Source: an uncultured Verrucomicrobiae bacterium (lineage in GTDB: Bacteria > Verrucomicrobiota > Verrucomicrobiia > Limisphaerales > Palsa-1400). From it: a stretch of DNA of 64,000 nt. The DNA is taken from contig CAVPOM010000005.1 in assembly GCA_963707025.1 (NCBI GenBank), forward strand, positions 32,001-96,000. Direction: 5' to 3'. The translations under genes were made by a program, and so were the position numbers. A model generated the notes under the pieces. That model did no database searches and was not told the origin of the DNA. It saw only the letters and a list, made by a program, of their open reading frames with translations. Positions 48,657 through 59,451 of this stretch are shown here, one piece after another. How positions within the stretch are numbered: the first letter of the stretch is position 1; each line of letters starts with the position of its first letter.

Positions 48657-49555
48657 ATGAATGACACCGGGCAAAACCCCGAAACCCACATCGCCCTATT
48701 CCAGCGAAAGGAAGTCCGCCGCGCCATTCACAACAATGAATGGTGGTTTGTCATCACTGATGTTGTTGCGGCCTTGACCGATTCGGTTGATCCCGGCGAT
48801 TACCTCAAGAAACTCCGCAAACGGGACCCTTCCCTCGCCGAGACCTTCAAAGGGGGGGACAACTTGTCCCCCCCCTTGGGCTTGAATTCGACACGCCCGG
48901 CGGACGCCAGTTACTTCAATGCTGGAACACCGAAGGCATCTTCCGCCTCATCCAGAGCATTCCCAGCCCCAAGGCCGAGCCATTCAAACGCTGGCTGGCC
49001 AGGGTGGGTTACGAACGAATCCAGGAAATTGAAGACCCTGAACTCGCCACCAAACGAACCCGTGCCCTCTACAAAGCCAAGGGCTACTCGGACGACTGGA
49101 TCGAAAAACGGATGCGCTCCATTGCCATCCGCGACGAACTGACAGACGAGTGGAAAAAGCGCGGGGTCAAAGAACAGCGCGAATACGCCATCCTCACCGC
49201 GGAAATCTCAAAAGCTGCCTTCGGCCTCACGCCAAGCCAATACGCCGAATACAAGCGTCTCAAGCGTGAAAATCTCCGCGACCACATGACGGACCTCGAA
49301 CTCATCTTCTCCATGCTGGGGGAAGCCTCGACCACCGAAATCGCCCGCACCCGCGACGCTCAGGGCTTTCCGCAGAACAAACAAACCGCCCACGACGGCG
49401 GCGCGGTGGCCGGCAATGCCCGTCGAGAACTGGAAAGGAAGAGCGGACGTAAAGTTGTGACCAGCGAAAATTACCTTTCGCTCGCGCAATCGGCGAAGAA
49501 GGTTAAGCCCTTGCGCAACGACGCCGAGAACAAGCCGCCGGCCAGGAAGACTTGA
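48657..49555 (+). CDS. BRO-N domain (antirepressor-like) DNA-binding protein, frameshift in the G7 run at 48852-48858
   Basis: LFQRKEVRR..NEWWFVITDVVAALTDS; after adding one G: GGGQLVPPL..FRLIQSIPSPKAEPFKRWLA, ERIQEIEDPE, NLRDHMTDLELIF. Confidence 0.82.
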
Positions 49556-49998
49556 CCAAGCAGGGGGCGCTTACTTTGTCATCTTTTATTCTCAATGCTG
49601 CTTTTGGGCGGTAAAACGAACGACGTGGCCATTCACGACTTCGAGCCGGGCGGCATGAAATCGTAATTCGCACGCCCTTTGCTCACCTTTGCGCACAACT
49701 TCAGGACTCAATGGCGTTTCGGCCACCTTTTCGCCCAACGAAGCGCAAAGGCCAATTAAAACGGATCCCCCGACCCTTCCATCAAATCGCTTTGCAAATC
49801 CGTTTCTGTCGCAGGCCCCACATCAATATTGTCCGCTTCCGCTGGCCGGGATTCCTCCCAACGCGCATCCGCCGCCTCATCAAACGCCAACTCCGTGAAT
49901 TTCCGCAACAAAGCCGACCTGTCCGCCGTAGGCCCGGCGAAGGCGGAATGCCTACACGCGATCATGTGCTTTTTCCCCGCGTCATCCAGAGCCCAGTA

Positions 49999-50526
49999 AA
50001 CCGCGAAATACGCAAAATACCTGAACCCAGAGAATATTGGCGGAAAAATTCTGCAATTTTCGCGTGTTTCGCGTGTTTCGCGGTTAAAAGAATTTCTTCC
50101 GGCCTGCGCAAAAACAATCGCCAGTTCTTCGCGAAGAGGATGTCAGAAATATCCAGTCAGAAATATAACAACCCCCCCGTTCAGAGCGAAGCGGGCCAAT
50201 TTCATTTTTTTGACTCGGTTTTTCTGACATCGCCATCCTGGATACGGAAACGGGTCTTGCACAAACTCCCGCAACATCATTGCCGCCACTCCTCTTTCAA
50301 ACTGGCCTTTGCCAACCACCAAAGGCGCGGCATGGGAAAGCCGCAACCGAAACCGGAATTGCAGAATGGAACAACACAATGATGTGCGCCAGAGGCGCGG
50401 GCAGATGACGCAGATTGACGCAGAATCAGGAAAAAGCCTTGAACAGGAGCAAACAGAGTCTTTTCTCTGTTCCCTCCGTTCCTGTTCGAAAGTTCTTTAT
50501 CTGTGTGCATCTGCCCCGTTATCTGC
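49999..50526. repeat. Cluster of nested inverted-repeat elements
   Basis: AACCGCGAAATACGC/GCGTGTTTCGCGGTT (49999-50085); GCAGATGACGCAGAT/ATCTGTGTGCATCTGC enclosing GAACAGGAGCAAACAGAG/CTCTGTTCCCTCCGTTCCTGTTC (50401-50526). Confidence 0.7.
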
Positions 50527-50890
50527 GGGCAAAGGTCTTTTCTTGTTTCCTCCGTCGTTGCGTTCCACCCGCCCGAAACGATACTTGCAGCAAGTTTCCC
50601 GCAACACCTGCCATTCCGCCGCCAGCACCTCATTGCGCAGGTGCTTCCCGCGCCGCATCCAGTAGGGCAGCTTGTAGTTGGAGAGAGTTTCAACGTCAGT
50701 GCCGGTCCGAATAATGGTTGTCAAGGGAAGTTGGATGTAACAGAATGTAACGGGGTGTAACGGGGGCACTTTTCGTAAACCGTTGATAATCAACAACTGT
50801 AACGGTGTAACGGGTGTGGCGCACCTCACCCTGCCTGCAAGAGGGGGCGTCGAACAAGTCGCCACCCACATTTCACTGAGGCATGACGGT

Positions 50891-52687
50891 TCAGGGGGTT
50901 TTGGCGGCGAAGGAGGCTTCGATTTCCTCCAGGGTTTTGCCCTTGGTTTCGGGCAGGAAAAAGGCGGCGGTGACGAAATAAACCACGGTGCAGGCGGCGA
51001 AGCCAAAGAACATGGCGCTGTAGCCGTATTGGCCGACGGTCGGCAGAAAGATGGTGGCGATGGTGGTGGATACCACGCTTTTGAGGAGCAGGGCAATGCT
51101 CATGCCGTTGGAGCGGATGCGCGTGGGCATGAGTTCGGAAAGGGCCAGCCAGACGCACACGCCGGGGCCAACGGCGAAGAAGGCCATGAAACAATAGATG
51201 CAGGCGGCGGTAAGCCAGCCGTTGGCCTCAGTCGGCACGGGTGTCACGAGGGCATTTTGAATCTTGAGCGGCGCAAGCCGGGCCGCGTCGAGACTGGCGA
51301 AGGGGTTATTGAAGAGCGCGGCCACCTTGGTCGCTGGAACGCATTTCTCGCGGTTCATGATCAGTTTCGCGCCGAGGTCGTCGGAACGCACCGTCTTGGT
51401 CGCGGCGGTGAAACCGCCATAAGAGTAAATGACCACCAGGGACTTGGGCTGAAGGAAGCTGGCCCCGACGGTGCCGGCCAGGACTTTGGCGGCGGTGGCC
51501 TCGTTGAAATCAATCACGGCGGTTTGATTGGAGGCCACGACCATGGCCTGCACGGCGTCCTTGACGTCCACGCGCCGGACTTCGGTGCGGCGGAAAATGA
51601 ACCCCGTGGCGAGGAGGGAAACGATCACGCCCGCGCTGCCGAGGGAAAGGAGGAATTTGCGGCCTTTCCGGTCCACCAGGACAATGGCGGCGATGGTCGT
51701 CAGGAAATTGATGACGGTGAGAAGGAAGTAGCCGAGGTGGGCCTGCCGGTCGCTCAGGCCGGCCTGGATGAGAATGGTGGCGTTGTAGGCAATAATCGAA
51801 TTGACGCCGGTGGCCTGATTGCAGGCCGCGATGATGCAGGCCAGGGCGAAAGGTACCAGGTATTTGCGCTGCAGCAGCGGCTCGCGGTTTTTTTGCCTCG
51901 CTCCGGCGCGGGATTTTTCCGCCGCGGCCAGCCGTTCCATTTCCTGATACTCGAGATGGGCCTGCGCCAGCGCGCGCGACCGCAGCAGGGCGCGCAGGGC
52001 GGCCTCCCGCCTGCCACGACGGAACAGCCAGCGCGGGGATTCGGCGATCAGGAAGCTGCCGATGACAAATAAAACCCCCGGCGGCAGCGAGACCCAGAAA
52101 ATGCTGCGCCACGCCCAATCTTGCAGGGCAAACAGTTTGGCCGCGTCACCCAGTTTGGCCACTTCATCCACCCGGGCGCTGAAATAGAGTCCGATGGCCG
52201 CGGCCACGACGAAGCCGAGGGTGAGCAGCCATTGGAAAATCGCGGTGCCTTTGCCGCGATCCGACGCCGCCAGACACTCCGCCAGATAAAGCGGCGCGGC
52301 GACGGCGATCAATCCGCCGCTCAGGCCCTGCAACAACCGTCCGAAAATCAGCGCGCCATAGCCATGAGCCAGCGCGATGACCGGCACACTCACCACAAAG
52401 AGGATTCCACTCAACGTCATCAGGGTCTTGCGCCCGAGCAGATCGGCCAGCGCGCCGGCAAACAAAGTTGAAATCACACCGCCGAGCAAAACGGCGGCCA
52501 CGATAAAGGAGAGCTCTCCCGCGTTCAGGCCGGAAGTGGCTTCCAGATATGGCAGCGCGCCGGAAATGATGCCGACATCCACGCCAAACAGCAGCCCGCC
52601 CAACCCGGCGACCAGGAGCAACAGGCGGTTGTAGCCCTTCTGGCCGCTCTCGGCGGCGCCGGGGAGGCGTTGACCGGCGATGTTCAT
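50891..52687 (-). CDS. MFS sugar porter, paralog of 31363-33240
   Basis: Same motifs and the same large loop insertion; long near-identical stretches such as GPGVCVWLALSELMPTRIRSNGMSIAL. Confidence 0.93.
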   Translation of the reverse strand: MNIAGQRLPGAAESGQKGYNRLLLLVAGLGGLLFGVDVGIISGALPYLEATSGLNAGELSFIVAAVLLGGVISTLFAGALADLLGRKTLMTLSGILFVVSVPVIALAHGYGALIFGRLLQGLSGGLIAVAAPLYLAECLAASDRGKGTAIFQWLLTLGFVVAAAIGLYFSARVDEVAKLGDAAKLFALQDWAWRSIFWVSLPPGVLFVIGSFLIAESPRWLFRRGRREAALRALLRSRALAQAHLEYQEMERLAAAEKSRAGARQKNREPLLQRKYLVPFALACIIAACNQATGVNSIIAYNATILIQAGLSDRQAHLGYFLLTVINFLTTIAAIVLVDRKGRKFLLSLGSAGVIVSLLATGFIFRRTEVRRVDVKDAVQAMVVASNQTAVIDFNEATAAKVLAGTVGASFLQPKSLVVIYSYGGFTAATKTVRSDDLGAKLIMNREKCVPATKVAALFNNPFASLDAARLAPLKIQNALVTPVPTEANGWLTAACIYCFMAFFAVGPGVCVWLALSELMPTRIRSNGMSIALLLKSVVSTTIATIFLPTVGQYGYSAMFFGFAACTVVYFVTAAFFLPETKGKTLEEIEASFAAKTP

Positions 52688-53208
52688 GGAATCATGGTTG
52701 GCTGGGGCTTGATCTGTTTGTGGAAAGCGCGGAGTGTCACCGCCTATTCACGCGCCGGCGCCTGCAAACCGGCTGCTCCTCAAACCGATATGCGCAATCG
52801 CGCCGATAAGAAAGACAAAAATTTCGGCGCCCAAGCCCCATTTGAAAACAAAAAGCCACGCCTGTTTTTTTTTGCGCCGCCTGCGCGAAAGACGCCACGG
52901 GGCCGGGCCGCCTGGTTCCACCTCAACCCGCGGCCGGGGCGTTTTCGGGTTTTGGCATGAAAACGGCTGTAGGTCTAATCCCGGATGTGCATGTGACATG
53001 CTGGCGCAATAGCCGGCGCAAAACTTTGCAGAACATTTATGAAACCTGGCCGGTCAGAACCGTTGGCGCAACGTTGCCCAACCGGAAGACATTGCCCGGG
53101 TGTCACATACATGCAAGCGACCGCGAGATGAATATTTTTGCATTTTCTTCTTGCAAATGCGCTGATTTGTGGTTTTAATAGAATGATCCAAGCCGCAGAA
53201 TAAATGCA

Positions 53209-56200
53209 ATGAAAGGCAGAACCATGATGACATGCATCCGTCGTAAATCGCCCGCCACCCTTCTCTACATCGCGGCCGCAGCCGCGTTGATCTGCACCAG
53301 CGCCAAGGCCTCATCTTACGCCTCGGCTGTGACCAACAACAACGGCACCATTCAGTTCATTCTGAATCAAACGGCCGATTCCAACGGGGTGTACGTTCTC
53401 TTCGACAACGGCACGGTCAGCAACCTGTTGGCCGGCCAGACGAACGTGGGCTTGCAGACGTTTCCTCTGGGCAGCCACACCAACTTCGCCATCTACGTCA
53501 TCACCACCGGCAACGGCGCCCCGGCCCAGATCAGTTCTGACACCAACGCCAACTCCAGCTACCCTTCCCCGCGCGGCGTCGCATCGCAAATCAATCCGAA
53601 AATCGGCCCCGAGTTCGGCCGCATTTACGTGGCCAACAGCACCGATACCGCCGCCGCCAAAGGCATTTATATGATGAACGCGGATGGAAGCTCATCGGCG
53701 CTGGGCCACGGGCCGTTCACGACCGGAGTGTGGACTATGGCGAGCACCTCCAGTCCCTACCGTATGAGAGTGGCGGACGATGGCACCCTTTACGTGGGCG
53801 ACTTTTCCACGGCCGACGCGATGGTCTGGCAATTCGACCCCAATCTCAACCTGTTCACCAATCAGGTGCTGAGCGTTGTCGGTGAAAACCAGGGAATCGC
53901 GGCTGGAATCCACGGGGATTTCCTTGGCGAACCCGTGGCCGTCGGCAGTGTCGCGAAGGGGAATCTGGTGCTCTATACCGCTGACCCGGGGATGGCGGCG
54001 GCCACGCTGGCGACGAACGGCAGCGGCGGTGCGGGTCAGACGCTCGGGTTTCGCACCACGGCCGGCACGTATAATAACGTCTATCGTTACACCATTGGCG
54101 GGGACGCGTTGCCCTATCCCAACGCGCCTGATCTGGCCATCGGGATGGGATTGGGCAGCATCCCCGAGTTGACCATTGATGTCGCCGTCCACGAGCAAAC
54201 CGGGAATATCTACGGAATGTTCTACCGCGACAATTTTGCGGCCCCCTGCCTCCAGGTTTTTGATCCGACCGGAACCACCCGGCTTTTCACCTCCCTGCCT
54301 GACACCCTGGTCAATGTGGGGCCCGATCCGGTGCGAGATGCCTACGCCATCAGCATTTCGCCCGACGGCCTGTATGTGGGAATCATGAGCGTCTTCGACC
54401 CGATTTATGTGATGAGTATTACCAACGGCGTGCCCGACATCAGTTCCTTGGTGACCATCCCCAACACGCCCAACGTGGCCAACGGTCGCGGGATATGCTG
54501 GGACGCGGCGGATAACGTTTATACTGTCAGCTCCGGTCAGGCTTTGCTGCGCGTTTTTTCCTTGGGCAACAGCACCGTCGCCGTTACCAGCAACGACTTC
54601 ACAGGCACGAACGGAGGCTTCCAATTGGAGCTTCCGCCCATCCACGCCAATGTGCTCGCGACCACGCCGCTGGCCTCGCAGAATTACGGCACGCCGATTC
54701 CCGGCGTCTTCACCATCACCCTGAACACGAACATCCTGACCAGCCCGCTGGTGGTCAATTTCGTGCTCGGCGGCACCGCCACCAATGGCACCTATATTTC
54801 CAGCGCGACCAACACCGTGACCTTCCCCGCCGGAACGTCGCCTTCCGGCAATTGGTCCACCAATATCCTGATCACGCCGACGGCCGTGCCGGTCACCGGT
54901 CCGGTCACCACCGTCACCTGCAACGTGACCGGCGGCTCGGCTTATTTGGCCGTTCCGCTGTTGATTGATACGGTGACGATTGCCAACACCGGCCCGCAGT
55001 CCTTCAGCATCAGCTCGGTGCCCCTCCAGTCACCCCCGATCATGTCCGTCAGTGGTTCCACCAACTCGTCCCTTTACCGTGGGATTCCGAACGATTTTGT
55101 GCCGCTTCTCATCACCCGCCTGGGGGACACCAATGGACCGCTGCAAGGTTCACCGACCTCGTTGACCATCACCAACTTCGTTTACGGTGGCACGGCCGTG
55201 TTTGGCACGGACTACAAGGCCGGCGTTCAGAGCGGCATAACCCCGGTCAACGGCAGCGGCTCGGTCACCTTTAATCCCGGTGACATCGTCAAACAGGTGA
55301 TCATTGGCAACCCGGTGCCGACGCCTTACGCAGCGCCTGCGGTTGGCGACAAAACCATCACCGTTGGCCTGGGCTCCGGAGCGCCCTCCCAAGAGGGTTA
55401 CACTTATTCGGTGACGGGTGGGCCGGCCAGCTTCGTCGAGTTGGACAATTCCTTTGGAAAGGAGGTTGTGCTCTGGTCCGACCCGCTGACCAACGCTCTT
55501 TCCAGCACGAACTGGACGTTGACCTTCGCCAGCAGCAATCTGGGCAGCACCACGGTAAACCCCGTGATCTACACCAATTACAATAACGTCTCCCCGGCTT
55601 CCAGCAGTTACTCGACTGACGGCACCGGCACCAACGACTTCGACGTTGATTTCGGCTACCTGGTGGCCAACGACCTGGTTGGCCCATCCCTGGCCATGAC
55701 GGCCAATGGCTGGAGCAACGCGTTGAAGATGACCGTCAACAAGGACGGGTTGAATAGTATCTTCTCCGCAACGGGAGCGTCCGCGGGAGTCAACGTCTAT
55801 CCCCAAGGGCTGCTGTTCGCGGGGAATTACGCCTTGCGGTTCAACATGATGCTGGTCGAGGGCACCTTCAACGGCAGTTCCAGCTCGGAATTCGCCCTGT
55901 TCGGCATCAACCATTATGGGACCAACTGCAACTGGATCGGCGCCGATGTCACCCACGGCAGCGGCACCACCAACGCCGATGGAAGCTGGGCGGCGGTGGG
56001 CGCCGATCAGGGGGCCGCTCCCGGAGGCACCCCGGCCGACCTGGCCCTCTACACCGGCCTGCACGCCCTGCCCGATACCGGCTGGATTGAAACGGTCAGC
56101 GCCGTCGAAAACACCTTCTCCAATGTGTACAGGCATAATTCGCCCTTTACCGCCAGCGGCATCGGCAGCCCGGCCAATCTGGGCAGCCAGCCCGCCAACA

Positions 56201-57165
56201 CCTGGGTGGATGTTGAAATGAAGCAATATCAAGGATCCTTCACCTTATCCATTGACAAGTCCATTGTGTTGACCTTCGCCAATACCAACGTCTTCACCAA
56301 CGGCACCATCATGCTGGGCTATGACGACCCCTTCGCCAACGAGGGCGATGTCGGCGCCGCCTATTATTCCAATCTTCGCGTCGTTGAGCTCGCCCCGGCT
56401 ATCACCAACGGTCCCAAAAGCGTGGTCCTCAATCCGGGCGGCACCGCCACCTTTAGCGTTGGGGCCGTTGGCACGCCGCCGTTTACCAATCAGTTGTATG
56501 CCTCCAACGGGCCGGTGGCCATCGGCAGCCCGGTGGTGGTGGCGACCGCGACGGACAGCGCCTCCTTCAGCATCGCCAGCGTCACCCCCGCCAATGCCAC
56601 CAATTATTATGTGGTGGTGAGCGATGTGGCCGGTTCCATCACCAGCGCGGTGGCGACCATTACCGTGGTGACCCCGCCGCCCAGCATCACCAACAACCAG
56701 GATGCGAATGTTTCCTTCACGGTGGGCCTGGCGGGACCGGGCACGGCCGGCCTGCTTTATCATTGGAGCACCAACGGAGTCAACCTGGTCAACAGCACGC
56801 ACATTGCCGGCGCCACCGCCAACCCGCTGACCTTGACCAACATCCAGCCGGCCGACGCCAACACTTACACCATCGTGGTGAGCAACACCTTCGGCTCCGC
56901 GGCGACGAACTCGGCGACCTTGACGGTAATCATCCCGACGCAGCCGACGTTCACGGGCATCACCTATGTCCAAACCAACGCGAACTTGCAATTCACCAGC
57001 ACGGACATTTATGACACAACGAATTCCTTCACTTTGCAAAGCTCGACCGTGGTGACCGGACCCTACACCAATACGCCCGCCACGGTGACATTCAGCGGCG
57101 GAGTTTTCCAGATTGTATTGCCACAAACCAATGCGACAAAGTTTTACCGGTTGCTGCACAAATGA
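53209..57165 (+). CDS. Large secreted/surface protein: beta-propeller-like N-terminus, Calx-beta-like and Ig domains, C-terminal FYRL motif
   Basis: Signal peptide; ICWDAADNVY propeller-like blades; PAITNGP..GGTATFSV, YYVVVS, YHWSTNG...LTLTNIQPADANTYTIVVSN Ig repeats; ends TKFYRLLHK. Confidence 0.8.
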   Translation: MKGRTMMTCIRRKSPATLLYIAAAAALICTSAKASSYASAVTNNNGTIQFILNQTADSNGVYVLFDNGTVSNLLAGQTNVGLQTFPLGSHTNFAIYVITTGNGAPAQISSDTNANSSYPSPRGVASQINPKIGPEFGRIYVANSTDTAAAKGIYMMNADGSSSALGHGPFTTGVWTMASTSSPYRMRVADDGTLYVGDFSTADAMVWQFDPNLNLFTNQVLSVVGENQGIAAGIHGDFLGEPVAVGSVAKGNLVLYTADPGMAAATLATNGSGGAGQTLGFRTTAGTYNNVYRYTIGGDALPYPNAPDLAIGMGLGSIPELTIDVAVHEQTGNIYGMFYRDNFAAPCLQVFDPTGTTRLFTSLPDTLVNVGPDPVRDAYAISISPDGLYVGIMSVFDPIYVMSITNGVPDISSLVTIPNTPNVANGRGICWDAADNVYTVSSGQALLRVFSLGNSTVAVTSNDFTGTNGGFQLELPPIHANVLATTPLASQNYGTPIPGVFTITLNTNILTSPLVVNFVLGGTATNGTYISSATNTVTFPAGTSPSGNWSTNILITPTAVPVTGPVTTVTCNVTGGSAYLAVPLLIDTVTIANTGPQSFSISSVPLQSPPIMSVSGSTNSSLYRGIPNDFVPLLITRLGDTNGPLQGSPTSLTITNFVYGGTAVFGTDYKAGVQSGITPVNGSGSVTFNPGDIVKQVIIGNPVPTPYAAPAVGDKTITVGLGSGAPSQEGYTYSVTGGPASFVELDNSFGKEVVLWSDPLTNALSSTNWTLTFASSNLGSTTVNPVIYTNYNNVSPASSSYSTDGTGTNDFDVDFGYLVANDLVGPSLAMTANGWSNALKMTVNKDGLNSIFSATGASAGVNVYPQGLLFAGNYALRFNMMLVEGTFNGSSSSEFALFGINHYGTNCNWIGADVTHGSGTTNADGSWAAVGADQGAAPGGTPADLALYTGLHALPDTGWIETVSAVENTFSNVYRHNSPFTASGIGSPANLGSQPANTWVDVEMKQYQGSFTLSIDKSIVLTFANTNVFTNGTIMLGYDDPFANEGDVGAAYYSNLRVVELAPAITNGPKSVVLNPGGTATFSVGAVGTPPFTNQLYASNGPVAIGSPVVVATATDSASFSIASVTPANATNYYVVVSDVAGSITSAVATITVVTPPPSITNNQDANVSFTVGLAGPGTAGLLYHWSTNGVNLVNSTHIAGATANPLTLTNIQPADANTYTIVVSNTFGSAATNSATLTVIIPTQPTFTGITYVQTNANLQFTSTDIYDTTNSFTLQSSTVVTGPYTNTPATVTFSGGVFQIVLPQTNATKFYRLLHK

Positions 57166-57393
57166 AGGTGATCGCAACACACTTCGCCTCCTCATTTGGC
57201 TGCCCGCTTTCCGGCGGACGCCCCGCGGCGAAAGCGGATGGCCTGCTTCAGTCTTGCGTGGCAGGGGCGGGTCCCGAGTTTATCGAGACCCGCCGCGCGA
57301 TCTCAGGGCGGCATCAGCTGACGCATTTCATGGCGGGAACGATTGTGCTGGTGTTTTTATCAAAAATGTGGCAGATTACAAAGTATTATTGAA

Positions 57394-58278
57394 ATGAGAA
57401 GTGCCACGAATAGTTTACCGGGCTCAACCGTGAACCATTCCCGGTCCGGAGGCCCTGCCTTCACTCTCATCGAGTTGCTCGTCGTCATCGCCATCATCGC
57501 CATTCTCGCCGCGCTTTTGCTCCCGGCCTTGGCCAGGGCCAAGATTCACGCTCAGGCGGCCAATTGTCTGGCCAACAAGAAGCAGATGAGCTTGGGCTGG
57601 CACATGTACTCCGACGACTACAATGATGTGATGGTGCCCAATTCTCCCTTGGGCGCCTCGGATACCGGCGAAATTTGGTGCCCGGGCGATATAGGAGAAA
57701 ACTGGACCACCTCAACCGAGAATACCAACGTCGCCTTATACAGAAGTTGCCTGCTCGCCCCTTACCTCATCAACCAGGTCAATGTTTACCAATGCCCGGG
57801 CGATATGATTCCTTCTCAAAATGGAGTCCGGATTAGGTCTGTTTCCATGAACAGCCAGATGGGCATGATTTACATGAGCCAAGGTGTGATTGACAACCAT
57901 AATGCGCTTACCTGGATATATAACCCCGGCTGGGCCTTGATCAGTAAGCTGACAGACCTTAGTGTTCTGTCTGCCGCCAATGCGTGGATTTTCGCCGATG
58001 AGGCGATGTACAGTCTGAACGACGCCTATTTGCAGATGCAATGCAGCCAGCCTCTTTATCCGGATGTTCCCGCCAATTATCACGGCCAAGTCGGCTCTTT
58101 TGCCTTTGCCGACGGCCATGCGGAACTGCACAAGTGGCTGCACGCAACCCTCCAGAACATTCCCTATAATTACGGGGTCACCGAGGAAACTACGGGTATG
58201 ACCGGAGGCGTCCCCACTTCCGGGACTGACCCGGACTGGAAGTGGCTGGTCAGCAAAACGTCCTTCAAAGTCCAATAA
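57394..58278 (+). CDS. Prepilin-type cleavage/methylation protein with H-X9-DG motif (DUF1559-like)
   Basis: [54 protein letters not shown]. Confidence 0.92.
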   Translation: MRSATNSLPGSTVNHSRSGGPAFTLIELLVVIAIIAILAALLLPALARAKIHAQAANCLANKKQMSLGWHMYSDDYNDVMVPNSPLGASDTGEIWCPGDIGENWTTSTENTNVALYRSCLLAPYLINQVNVYQCPGDMIPSQNGVRIRSVSMNSQMGMIYMSQGVIDNHNALTWIYNPGWALISKLTDLSVLSAANAWIFADEAMYSLNDAYLQMQCSQPLYPDVPANYHGQVGSFAFADGHAELHKWLHATLQNIPYNYGVTEETTGMTGGVPTSGTDPDWKWLVSKTSFKVQ

Positions 58279-58353
58279 CTTTGCCAGTAGGTACATCAGT
58301 GCTGGATCGCAGAGCGGGCAGTCCCCTGCCCGCCGCACGACGATGGTGCGACG

Positions 58354-59409
58354 TTGAGTCCCCGGCCAATTCCCGATGGCGGACAGCGGAGTGCCATTAG
58401 TTTTCTTTTCGCCTTTCTCCTGCTATCGCTCCTCACCGCCTGTCAGATCGCGCCCCGTCCCGGCACTCCCGCCCCGCGCCGCGGCGATGAAATCGTGGCC
58501 GCCGGCCGGTTCTTCCACACCGGAACCCCGGTGGTTCTTTGGATGGACCCGGGCGGCTACGATGCCTACCGCGTCGAGCGGCGGTTCAGTCCGGTGGAGA
58601 AATCCGGCTGGGAGGATTCCAAGGCGGAAATCAACGCGCTGCGCACCCCCAACCGCTACGGCTCCCGCACAAAAGGTCTGACGCCGGAGCAGGTGGAGCG
58701 CGTCCGCGGCGGCGGCTGGGATTTGCCGTTGCTCCAACAGGTCGTGGATCAATTTGTCATTCACTTCGACGAATGCGGCACCAGCCGCGAATGCTTCCGC
58801 ATCTTGCAGGACAACCGCGACCTGAGCGTGCATTTCATGCTCGATGTGGACGGGACGATTTACCAGACGCTGGACCTCAAGGAACGCGCCTGGCACGCCA
58901 CCATTGCCAACGACCGGTCCATCGGCGTGGAAGTGGCCAACATCGGCTGCTATCGGGCCGACGGAAGAAATCCGCTGGCCGATTGGTATAGAACCACCAA
59001 TGGCCAAACGACGCTGATCTTTCCCGGCCGGCTCGGTCCGTCGCCGGTTCGCGTGCCAGGATTTGTCGGGCATCCGGCCAGACCGGACTTGGTTCAGGGC
59101 GTCATCCAGGGCGAGTCCCTCGTCCAGTACGATTTTACCCCGCAACAATACGCGGCGTTGACCAAGCTGACCGCCACGCTGTGCCGGGTGTTCCCGAAGA
59201 TCCGCTGTGACTACCCCAAAGACCGGGGTGCCAAGTTGATTCCCAAAAAACTGCCGGATGAAATGCTCAAGGACTATCACGGCCTGCTCGGCCATTACCA
59301 CATTCAGACCAACAAAACCGACCCCGGCCCGGCCTTTCAGTGGGACTTGGTGGTGGGCGGCGCGCGCCGGTTGCTGCAGGAAATCAAGCCGCCGCGAATG
59401 ATGCCCTGA
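58354..59409 (+). CDS. N-acetylmuramoyl-L-alanine amidase (Amidase_2/AmpD-like) lipoprotein
   Basis: Lipobox LTAC; FVIHFD, SVHF, ERAWHA..NDRSIGVE, GHYHIQTNKTDPG. Confidence 0.88.
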   Translation: MSPRPIPDGGQRSAISFLFAFLLLSLLTACQIAPRPGTPAPRRGDEIVAAGRFFHTGTPVVLWMDPGGYDAYRVERRFSPVEKSGWEDSKAEINALRTPNRYGSRTKGLTPEQVERVRGGGWDLPLLQQVVDQFVIHFDECGTSRECFRILQDNRDLSVHFMLDVDGTIYQTLDLKERAWHATIANDRSIGVEVANIGCYRADGRNPLADWYRTTNGQTTLIFPGRLGPSPVRVPGFVGHPARPDLVQGVIQGESLVQYDFTPQQYAALTKLTATLCRVFPKIRCDYPKDRGAKLIPKKLPDEMLKDYHGLLGHYHIQTNKTDPGPAFQWDLVVGGARRLLQEIKPPRMMP

Positions 59410-59451
59410 ATCGCCGGTGGATTTGGCTCGCGCGCAACCCGCGCGCCGGCT

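Noticed and set aside
49689..50760. Several 70-220 aa ORFs
   Set aside because: Translations of repeat-rich non-coding DNA with no recognisable motifs.
52985..53112. Possible operator sites (GCAACGTTGC palindrome; ATGTGACA/TGTCACAT inverted pair) in the divergent promoter region
   Set aside because: No regulator gene in the window and no second copy found; too weak to call.
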